Below, piece by piece: positions 50,600 through 64,000 of a stretch of 64,000 nt of DNA; the first letter of the stretch is position 1; every line of letters starts with the position of its first letter. The notes under the pieces are model-generated. The model was given only the letters and a program-made list of their open reading frames with translations, had not been told where the DNA came from and ran no database searches. The stretch comes from Eledone cirrhosa. Taxonomy: Eukaryota. Where the stretch lies: NCBI GenBank assembly GCA_964016885.1, contig OZ024742.1:284766001-284830000 (forward strand). The letters run 5' to 3'. A program made the translations under genes and the position numbers.

Positions 50600-53500
50600 C
50601 CATTACTACAAACACCACCACCACCATTACTACAAACACCACCACGACCATTACTACAAACATCCCCACCACCATTACTACAAACACCACCACCGCCATT
50701 ACTACAAACACCACCACCACCATTACCACAAACACCCCCACCACCATTACCACAAACACCACCACCACCATTACCACAAACACCACCACCACCATTACCA
50801 CAAACACCACCACCACCATTACTACAAACACCACCACTGCCATTACTACAAACACCACCACTGCCATTACCACAAACACCACCACCACCATTACTACAAA
50901 CACCACCACCACCATTACTACCAACACCACCACCACCATTACTACAAACACCACCACCACCATTACTACAAACACCACCACCACCATTACTACAAACACC
51001 ACCACCACCATTACTACAAACACCCCGACCACCATTACCACAAACACCCCCACCACCATTACCACAAACACCACCACCACCCTTACCACAAACACCACCA
51101 CCACCATTACCACAAACACCACCGCCACCATTACTACAAACACCACCACCTCCATTACTACAAACACCACCACCACTGCCATTACCACAAACACCACCAC
51201 CACCATTACTACAAACACCCCCACCACCATTACCACAAACACCACCACCACCATTACCACAAACACCACCACCACCATTACTACAAACACCACCACCACC
51301 ATTACTACAAACACCACCACCACCATTACTACAAACACCACCACTGCCATTACTACAAACACCACCACCTCCATTACTACAAACACCACCACCGCCATTA
51401 CTACAAACACCCCCACCACCATTACCACAAACACCACCACCACCATTACCACAAACACCACCACCACCATTACTACAAACACCACCACCACCATTACTAC
51501 AAACACCACCACCACCATTACTACAAACACCACCACTGCCATTACTACAAACACCACCACTGCTATTACTACAAACACCACCACCACCATTACCACAAAC
51601 ACCACCACCACCATTACCACAAACACCACCACCACCATTACTACAAACACCACCACCACCATTACTACAAACACCACCACCACCATTACTACAAACACCA
51701 CCACCACCATTACTACAAACATCACCACCACCATTACTACAAACACCACCACTGCCATTACTACAAACACCACCACCTCCATTACTACAAACACCACCAC
51801 CACCATTACTACAAACACCCCCACCACCATTACCACAAACACCACCACCACCATTACCACAAACACCACCACCACCATTACTACAAACACCACCACCACC
51901 ATTACTACAAACACCACCACCACCATTACTACAAACACCACCACTGCCATTACTACAAACACCACCACTGCCATTACTACAAACACCACCACCACCATTA
52001 CCACAAACACCACCACCACCATTACCACAAACACCACCACCACCATTACTACAAACACCACCACCACCATTACTACAAACACCACCACCACCATTACTAC
52101 AAACACCACCACCACCATTACTACAAACACCACCACTGCCATTACTACAAACACCACCACCTCCATTACTACAAACACCACCACCGCCATTACCACCAAC
52201 ACCACCACCACCATTACTACAAACACCACCACCACCATTACTACAAACACCACCACCGCCATTACCACAAACACCACCACCACCATTACTACAAACACCA
52301 CCACCACCATTACTACAAACACCACCACCACCATTACCACAAACACCACCACCACCATTACTACAAACACCACCACTGCCATTACTACAAACACCACCAC
52401 TGCCATTACCACAAACACCACCACCACCATTACTACAAACACCACCACCACCATAACTACCAACACCACCACCACCATTACTACAAACACCACCACCACC
52501 ATTACTACAAACACCACCACCACCATTCCTACAAACACCACCGCCACCATTACTACAAACACCACCACCACCATTACTACAAACACCACCACCACCATTA
52601 CTACAAACACCACCACCACCATTACTACCAACACCACCACCACCATTACTACAAACACCACCACCACCATTACTACAAACACCACCACCACCATTACTAC
52701 AAACACCACCACCACCATTACTACAAACACCCCCACCACCATTACTACAAACACTACCACCGCCATTACTACAAACACCACCACCACCATTACCACAAAC
52801 ACCCCCACCACCATTACCACAAACACCACCACCACCATTACCACAAACACCACCACCAGCATTACCACAAACACCACCACCACCATTACTACAAACACCA
52901 CCACTGCCATTACTACAAACACCACCACTGCCATTACCACAAACACCACCACCACCATTACTACAAACACCACCACCACCGTTACTACCAACACCACCAC
53001 CACCATTACTACAAACACCACCACCACCATTACTACAAGCACCACCACCACCATTACTACAAACACCACCACCACCATTACTACAAACACCCCCACCACC
53101 ATTACCACAAACACCCCCACCACCATTACCACAAACACCACCACCACCATTACCACAAACACCACCACCACCATTACCACAAACACCACCACCACCATTA
53201 CTACAAACACCACCACCTCCATTACTACAAACACCACCACCACTGCCATTACCACAAACACCACCACCACCATTACTACAAACACCCCCACCACCATTAC
53301 CACAAACACCACCACCACCATTACCACAAACACCACCACCACCATTACTACAAACACCACCACCACCATTACTACAAACACCACCACCACCATTACTACA
53401 AACACCACCACTGCCATTACTACAAACACCCCCACCACCATTACCACAAACACCACCACCACCATTACCACACACACCACCACCACCATTACTACAAACA

Positions 53501-56500
53501 CCACCACCACCATTACCACAAACACCACCACCACCATTACTACAAACACCACCACTGGCATTACTACAAACACCACCACCTCCATTACTACAAACACCAC
53601 CACCGCCATTACTACAAACACCCCCACCACCATTACCACAAACACCACCACCACCATTACCACAAACACCACCACCACCATTACTACAAACACCACCACC
53701 ACCATTACTACAAACACCACCACCACCATTACTACAAACACCACCACTGCCATTACTACAAACACCACCACTGCCATTACTACAAACACCACCACCACCA
53801 TTACCACAAACACCACCACCACCATTACCACAAACACCACCACCACCATTACTACAAACACCACCACCACCATTACTACAAACACCACCACCACCATTAC
53901 TACAAACACCACCACCACCATTACTACAAAGACCACCACCACCATTACTACAAACACCACCACTGCCATTACTACAAACACCACCACTGCCATTACTACA
54001 AACACCACCACCACCATTACCACAAACACCACCACCACCATTACTACAAACACCACCACCACCATTACTACAAACACCACCACCACCATTACTACAAACA
54101 CCACCACTGCCATTACTACAAACACCACCACTGCCATTAATACAAACACCACCACCACCATTACCACAAACACCACCACCACCATTACTACAAACACCAC
54201 CACCACCATCACTACAAACACCACCACCACAATTACCACAAACACCACCGCCATTACTACAAACACCACCACTGCCATTACCACAAACATCACCACCACC
54301 ATTACCACAAACACCACCACCACCATTACTACAAACACTACCACCACCATTACTACAAACACCACCACCACCATTACCACAAACACCACCACCACCATTA
54401 CTACAAACACCACCACGTCCATTACTACAAACACCACCACTGCCATTACTACAAACACCACCACCACCATTACCACAAACACCACCACCACCATTACCAC
54501 AAACGCCACCACCACCATTACTACAAAGACCACCACCACCATTACTACACGCACCACCACCACCATTACCACAAACACCACCACCACCATTACTACAAAC
54601 ACTCCCACCACCATTACCACAAACACCACCACCACCATTACTACAAACACCACCACCACCATTACTACACACACCACCACCACCATCACCACAAACACCA
54701 CCACCACCATTACTACAAACACTCCCACCACCATTACCACAAACACCACCACCACCATTACTACAAACACCACCACCACCATTACCACAAACCCTCCACC
54801 ACCATTACTACAAATACCACCACCACCATTACTACAAACACCACCACCACCATTACCACAAACCCCACCACCACCATTACTACAAACCCCACCACCACCA
54901 TTATCACAAACCCTCCACCACCATTACTACACACACCACCACCACCATTATTACTACCAACACCACCACCACCACCATTACTACACACACCACCACCACC
55001 ATTACTACAAACACCCCCACCACCATTACTACAAACACCACCACCACCATTACCACAAACACCACCACCACCATTACTACAAACACCACCAGCGCCATTA
55101 CCACAAACACCACCACCACCATTACTACAAACACCACCACGACCATTACTACAAACATCCCCACCACCATTACTACAAAGACCACCACCGCCATTACTAC
55201 AAACACCACCACCACCATTACCACAAACACCCCCACCACCATTACCACAAACACCACCACCACCATTACCACAAACACCACCACCACCATTACCACAAAC
55301 ACCACCACCACCATTACTACAAACACCACCACTGCCATTACTACAAACACCACCACTGCCATTACCACAAACACCACCACCACCATTACTACAAACACCA
55401 CCACCACCATTACTACCAACACCACCACCACCATTACTACAAACACCACCACCACCATTACTACAAACACCACCACCACCATTACTACAAACACCACCAC
55501 CACCACTACTACAAACACCCCGACCACCATTACCACAAACACCCCCACCACCATTACCACAAACACCACCACCACCATTACCACAAACACCACCACCACC
55601 ATTACCACAAACACCACCACCACCATTACTACAAACACCCCCACCACCATTACCACAAACACCACCACCACCATTACCACAAACACCACCACCACCATTA
55701 CTACAAACACCACCACCACCATTACTACAAACACCACCACCACCATTACTACAAACACCACCACTGCCATTACTACAAACACCACCACCTCCATTACTAC
55801 AAACACCACCACCGCCATTACTACAAACACCCCCACCACCATTATCACAAACACCACCACCACCATTACCACAAACACCACCACCACCATTACTACAAAC
55901 ACCACCACCACCATTACTACAAACACCACCACCACCATTACTACAAACACCACCACTGCCATTACTACAAACACCACCACTGCTATTACTACAAACACCA
56001 CCACCACCGTTACCACAAACACCACCACCACCATTACCACAAACACGACCACCACCATTACTACAAACACCACCACCACCATTACTACAAACACCACCAC
56101 CACCATTACTACAAACACCACCACCACCATTACTACAAACATCACCACCACCATTACTACAAACACCACCACTGCCATTACTACAAACTCCACCACCTCC
56201 ATTACTACAAACACCACCACCACCATTACTACAAACACCCCCACCACCATTACCACAAACACCACCACCACCATTACCACAAACACCACCACCACCATTA
56301 CTACAAACACCACCACCACCATTACTACAAACACCACCACCACCATTACTACAAACACCACCACTGCCATTACTACAAACACCACCACTGCCATTACTAC
56401 AAACACCACCACCACCATTACCACAAACACCACCACCACCATTACCACAAACACCACCACCACCATTACTACAAACACCACCACCACCATTACTACAAAC

Positions 56501-57200
56501 ACCACCACCACCATTACTACAAACACCACCACCACCATTACTACAAACACCACCACTGCCATTACTACAAACACCACCACCTCCATTACTACAAACACCA
56601 CCACCGCCATTACCACCAACACCACCACCACCATTACTACAAACACCACCACCACCATTACTACAAACACCACCACCGCCATTACCACAAACACCACCAC
56701 CACCATTACTACAAACACCACCACCACCATTACTACAAACACCACCACCACCATTACCACAAACACCACCACCACCATTACTACAAACACCACCACTGCC
56801 ATTACTACAAACACCACCACTGCCATTACCACAAACACCACCACCACCATTACTACAAACACCACCACCACCATAACTACCAACACCACCACCACCATTA
56901 CTACAAACACCACCACCACCATTACTACAATCACCACCACCACCATTACTACAAACACCACCCCCACCATTACTACAAACACCACCACCACCATTACTAC
57001 AAACACCACCACCACCATTACTACAAACACCACCACCACCATTACTACCAACACCACCACCACCATTACTACAAACACCACCACCACCATTACTACAAAC
57101 ACCACCACCACCATTACTACAAACACCACCACCACCATTACTACAAACACCCCCACCACCATTACTACAAACACCACCACCGCCATTACTACAAACACCA
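50600..57200. repeat. Higher-order duplication, offset ~4.4-4.5 kb (~50600-52800 / ~55100-57200)
   Basis: AACATCCCCACC at ~50660 and ~55155, ACTGCTATT at ~51560 and ~55980, CCATAACTACCAAC at 52451 and 56871. Confidence 0.82.
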
Positions 57201-58599
57201 CCACCACCATTACCAAAAACACCCCCACCACCATTACCACAAACACCACCACCACCATTACCACAAGCATCACCACCACCATTACCACAAACACCACCAC
57301 CACCATTACTACAAACACCACCACTGCCATTACTACAAACACCACCAGCACCATTACTACAAACACCACCACCACCATTACCGCAAACACCACCACCACC
57401 ATTACCACAAACACCACCACCACCATTACCACAAACACCACCACCACCATTACTACAAACACCACCACCACCATTACTACAAACACCACCACCACCATTA
57501 CCACAAACACCACCACCATTACCACAAAGTCCACCATTACTACAAACACCACCACCTCCATTACTACAAACACCACCACTGCCATTACTACAAACACCAC
57601 CACCACCATTACCACAAACACCACCACCACCATTACTACAAACACCACCACCACCATTACCACAAACACCACCACCACCATTACTACAAACTCCACCACC
57701 ACCATAAACACCACCACCACCATTACTACAAAGACCACCACCACCATTACTACACACACCACCACCACCATTACCACAAAAAACACCACCACCATTACTA
57801 CAAACACTCCCACCACCATTACCACAAACACCACCACCACCATTACTACAAACACCACCACCTCCATTACTACAAACACCACCACTGCCATTACTACAAA
57901 CACCACCACCACCATTACCACAAACACCACCACCACCATTACTACAAACACCACCACCACCATTACCACAAACACCACCACCACCATTACTACAAACTCC
58001 ACCACCACCATAAACACCACCACCACCATTACTACAAACACCACCACCACCATTACTACAAACACCACCACCACCATTACCACAAAGTCCACCATTACTA
58101 CAAACACCACCACCTCCATTACTACAAACACCACCACTGCCATTACTACAAACACCACCACCACCATTACCACAAACACCACCACCACCATTATTACAAA
58201 CACCACCACCACCACCATTACTACAAAGACCACCACCACCATTACTACACACACCACCACCACCATTACCACAAAAAACACCACCACCATTACTACAAAC
58301 ACTCCCACCACCATTACCACAAACACCACCACCACCATTACTACAAACACCACCACCACCATTACCGCAAACACCACCACCACCATTACCACAAACACCA
58401 CCACCACCACCATTACTACAAACACCACCACCTCCATTACTACAAACACCACCACCACCATTACCACAAACACCACCACCACCATTACTACAAACACCAC
58501 CACCACCATTACTACAAACACCACCACCACCATTACTACAAACACTACCAACACCATTACCACAAACACCAACACCACCATTACTACAAACACCACCAC

Positions 58600-61500
58600 C
58601 ACCATTACCACAAACACCACCATTACTACAAACACCACCACCTCCATTACTACAAACACCACCACTGCCATTACTACAAACACCACCACCACCATTACCA
58701 CAAACACCACCACCACCATTACCACAAACACCACCACCACCATTACTACAAAGACCACCACCACCATTACTACACACACCACCACCACCATTACCACAAA
58801 AAACACCACCACCATTACTACAAACACTCCCACCACCATTACCACAAACACCACCACCACCATTACTACAAACACCACCACCACCATTACCGCAAACACC
58901 ACCACCACCATTACCACAAACACCACCACCACCACCATTACTACAAACACCACCACCACCATTACTGCACACACCACCACCACCATTACCACAAACACCA
59001 CCACCACCATTACTACCAACACTCCCACCACCATTACCACAAACACCACCACCACCATTACTACAAACACCACCACCACCATTACCACAAACCCCACCAC
59101 CACTATTACTACAAACCCCACCACGCCCATTACCACAAACTCTCCACCACCATTACTACAAATACCACCACCACCATTACTACAAACACCACCACCACCA
59201 TTACCACAAACCCTCCACCACCATTACTACACACACCACCACCACCATTATTACAAACACCACCACCACCACCATTACTACACACACCACCACCACCATT
59301 ACTACAAACACCCCCACCACCATTACTACCAACACCACCACCACCACCATTACTACACACACCACCACCACCATTACTACAAACACCACCACCACCATTA
59401 CCAGAAACACCACCACCGCCATTACGACAAACACCACCACCACCATTACTACAAACACCACCACCACCATTACCACAAACCCTCCACCACCATTACTACA
59501 AACCCCACCACCACCATTACTACAAACACCACCACCACCATTACTACAAACACCCCCACCACCATTACCACAAATAACCCCCACCACCATTACTACCAAC
59601 ACCACCACCACCATTACTACAAACACCACCACCACCATTACTACAAACACCCCCACCACCATTACTACAAACACCCCCACCACCATTACCACAAATAACC
59701 CCCACCACCATTACTACCAACACCACCACCACCATTACTACAAACACTACCACCACCATTACCACAAACACCACCACCACCATTACTACAAACACCACCA
59801 CCACCATTACTACAAACACCACCACCACCATTACCACAAACACCACCACCTCCATTACTACAAACACCACCACCACCATTACCACAAACACCACCACCAC
59901 CATTACTACAGACACCACCACCATTACAAACAAACACCACCACCAGCATTACTACAAACACCACCACCACCATTACCACAAACACCACCACCACCATTAC
60001 TACAAACACCACCACCACCATTACTACAAACACCACCACCACCATTACTACAAACACCACCACCACCATTACTAGAAACACTACCACCACCATTACCACA
60101 AACACCACCACCAGCATTACTACAAACACCACCACCACCATTACTACAAACACCACCACCACCATTACTACAAACACCCACACCACCATTACCACAAACA
60201 CCCCCACCACCATTACTACAAACACCACCATCACCATTACTACAAACACCACCACCACCATTACTACAAACACCACCACCACCATTACCACAAACACCAC
60301 CACCTCCATTACTACAAACACCACCACCACCATTACCACAAACACCATCACCACCATTACTACAAACACCACCACCACCATTACTACAAACACCACCACC
60401 ACCATTACTACAAACACTACCACCACCATTACCACAAACACCACCACCACCATTACTACAAACACCACCACCACCATTACTACAAACACCACCACCACCA
60501 TTACTACAAACACCCCCACCACCATTACCACAAAGACCACCACCACCATTACTACACACACCACCACCACCATTACTACAAACACCACCACCACCATTAC
60601 CACAAACACCACCACCGCCATTACTACAAACACCACCACCAGCATTATCACAAACCCCACAACCACCATTACTACCAACACTACCACCACCATTACCACA
60701 AACACCACCACCACCATTACTACAAACACCACCACCACCATTACTACAAACACCACCACCACCATTACCACAAAGTCCACCATTACTACAAACTCCACCA
60801 CCACCATAAACACCACCACCACCATTACTACAAACACCACCACCACCATTACTACAAACACCACCACCACCATTACCACAAAGTCCACCATTACTACAAA
60901 CACCACCACCTCCATTACTACAAACACCACCACTGCCATTACTACAAACACCACCACCACCATTACCACAAACACCACCACCACCATTACCACAAACACC
61001 ACCACCACCATTACTACAAAGACCACCACCACCATTACTACACACACCACCACCACCATTACCACAAAAAACACCACCACCATTACTACAGACACTCCCA
61101 CCACCATTACCACAAACACCACCACCACCATTACTACAAACACCACCACCACCATTACCGCAAACACCACCACCACCATTACCACAAACACCACCACCAC
61201 CACCATTACCACAAACACCACCACCACCATTACTACAAACACCACCACCACCATTACTACAAACACCACCACCACCATTACCACAAACACCACCACCACC
61301 ATTACCACAAAGTCCACCATTACTACAAACACCACCACCTCCATTACTACAAACACCACCACTGCCATTACTACAAACACCACCACCACCATTACTACAA
61401 ACACCACCACCACCATTACTACAAACACCCACACCACCATTACCACAAACACCCCCACCACCATTACTACAAACACCACCACCACCACCACCATTACTAC

Positions 61501-63700
61501 AAACACCACCACCACCATTACCACAAACACCACCACCTCCATTACTACAAACACCACCACCACCATTACCACAAACACCACCACCACCATTACTACAAAC
61601 ACCACCACCACCATTACTACAAACACTACCACCACCATTACCACAAACACCACCACCACCATTACTACAAACACCACCACCACCATTACTACAAACACCA
61701 CCACCACCATTACTACAAACACCCCCACCACCATTACCACAAACACCCCCACCACCATTACTACAAACACCACCACCACCATTACTACAAACACTACCAC
61801 CACCACAAACACCACCAACCACCATTACTACAAACACCCCCACCACCATTACTACAAACACCCCCACCACCATTACCACAAACACCAACACCACCATTAC
61901 TACAAACACCACCACCACCATTACTACAAACACCACCACCACCATTACTACAAACACTACCACCACCATTACCACAAACACCACCACCACCATTACTACA
62001 AACACCACCACCACCATTACTACAAACACCACCACCACCATTACTACAAACACGACCACCACCATTATTACAAACACCACCACCACCATTACTACAAACA
62101 CAACCACCACCATTACTACAAACACCACCACCACCATTACTACAAACACCATCACCACCATTACCACAAACACCACCACCGCCATTACTACAAACACGAC
62201 CACCACCATTACTACAAACACCACCACAACCATTACTACAAACACCACCTCCACCATTACCACAAACCCCACCACCACCATTACTAGAAACACCACCACC
62301 TCCATTACTACAAACACCACCACCACCATTACCACAAACACCACCACCGCCATTACTACAAACACCACCACCACCATTACTACAAACACCACCACCACCA
62401 TTACCACAAACACCACCACCGCCATTACTACAAACACCACCACCAGCATTATCACAAACCCCACAACCACCATTACTACCAACACTACCACCACCATTAC
62501 TACAAACTCCACTACCACCATAAACACCACCACCACCATTACTACAAACACCACCACCACCATTACTACAAACACCACCACCACCATTACCACAAACACC
62601 ACCATTACTACAAACACCACCACCTCCATTACTACAAACACCACCACTGCCATTACTACAAACACCACCACCACCATTACCACAAACACCACCACCACCA
62701 TTACCACAAACACCACCACCACCATTACTACAAAAACCACCACCACCATTACTACACACACCACCACCACCATTACCACAAAAAACACCACCACCATTAC
62801 TACAAACACTCCCACCACCATTACCACAAACACCACCACCACCATTACTACAAACACCACCACCACCATTACCGCAAACACCACCACCACCATTACCACA
62901 AACACCACCACCACCACCATTACTACAAACACCACCACCACCATTACTACACACACCACCACCACCATTACCACAAACACCACCACCACCATTACTACCA
63001 ACACTCCCACCACCATTACCACAAACACCACCACCACCATTACTACAAACACCACCACCACCATTACCACAAACCCCACCACCACTATTACTACAAACCC
63101 CACCACGCCCATTACCACAAACCCTCCACCACCATTACTACAAATACCACCACCACCATTACTACAAACACCACCACCACCATTACCACAAACCCCACCA
63201 CCACCATTACTACAAACCCCACCACCACCATTACCACAAACCCTCCACCACCATTACTACACACACCACCACCACCATTATTACAAACACCACCACCACC
63301 ACCATTACTACACACACCACCACCACCATTACTACAAACACCCCCACCACCATTACTACCAACACCACCACCACCACCATTACTACACACACCACCACCA
63401 CCATTACTACAAACACCCCCACCACCATTATTACAAACACCACCACCACCATTACCACAAACACCACCACCGCCATTACGACAAACACCACCACCACCAT
63501 TACTACAAACACCACCACCACCATTACCACAAACCCTCCACCACCATTACTACAAACCCCACCACTACCATTACTACAAACACCACCACCACCATTACTA
63601 CAAACACCCCCACCACCATTACCACAAATAACCCCCACCACCATTACTACCAACACCACCACCACCATTACTACAAACACCACCACCACCATTACTACAA
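58600..63700. repeat. Higher-order duplication, offset ~3982 bp (~58600-59650 / ~62580-63700)
   Basis: The CCACGCCCATT marker has its G at 59125 and 63107. Minus-strand ORFs beginning at 59136 and 63118 have near-identical translations. Confidence 0.82.
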
Positions 63701-64000
63701 ACACTACCACCACCATTACCACAAACACCCCCACCACCATTACTACAAACACCACCACCAACATTACTACAAACACCACCACCACCATTACTACAAACAC
63801 CACCACCACCATTACCACAAACACCACCACCTCCATTACTACAAACACCACCACCACCATTACCACAAACACCATCACCACCATTACTACAAACACCACC
63901 ACCACCATTACTACAAACACCACCACCACCATTACTACAAACACTACCACCACCATTACCACAAACACCACCACCACCATTACTACAAACACCACCACCA

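Larger units (their letters stand above)
49301..64000. repeat. 24-bp tandem repeat array, right arm; same consensus and orientation, ~610 units, open at window end
   Basis: The same unit resumes at 49301 (ACCACAACCGCAATTACTACAAAC, a diverged first unit). It has its own common variants: ACTGCC, ACCCCC, ACTACCAAC, AAGTCC, AACTCC. Confidence 0.98.

Noticed and set aside
575-63998. Minus-strand poly-Val (MVVVVFVV) and Gly/Cys (GGGGVCSN) ORFs
   Set aside because: They are antisense shadows of the repeat. ATG occurs in every unit, the ORF ends coincide with unit variants, and there is no independent coding evidence.
1-64000. CRISPR array
   Set aside because: The units are contiguous with no unique spacers, and there is no leader or cas gene.
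1-64000. Telomerase-made telomeric repeat (G/T-rich versus C/A-rich strands)
   Set aside because: The unit is not TTAGGG-like or any long yeast telomere unit I recognise. Ordered variant haplotypes copied in kb blocks indicate recombination or duplication rather than template addition. A subtelomeric location cannot be excluded.

Overview
About 99.6% of this window is one C/A-rich 24-bp tandem repeat, consensus ACCACCACCACCATTAC(T/C)ACAAAC. There are roughly 2,650 head-to-tail units, all in one orientation, and the array runs off both window ends. The only unique sequence is a ~250-bp island at 49054-49300. It reads as a 5'-truncated SINE with a MIR/CORE-like segment, an RTE-type 3' tail and an (ATG/GAT)n terminus. 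From recall, not a database search, it resembles abundant octopus SINEs, which would make this animal (possibly cephalopod) nuclear DNA. The giant ORFs in the track arise because the unit has no stop codon in 5 of 6 frames (TTTTITTN, PPPPLLQT, HHHHHYYK, MVVVVFVV, GGGGVCSN). The Thr-rich frame looks mucin-like, but it is broken by frameshifting units that recur in several duplicated copies, and no signal peptide or folded domain is visible. A non-coding minisatellite/satellite is therefore the best-supported reading, and a mucin-type exon is a weaker alternative. The array has clear internal structure: three variant-signature domains, nested kb-scale duplications (offsets 2604, 3120, ~3387, 3982, ~4450, 4897, 5647 and 8778 bp) and more diverged units around the SINE. 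No conventional gene, RNA gene or CRISPR array is supported, and I do not see evidence for a new multi-gene system.
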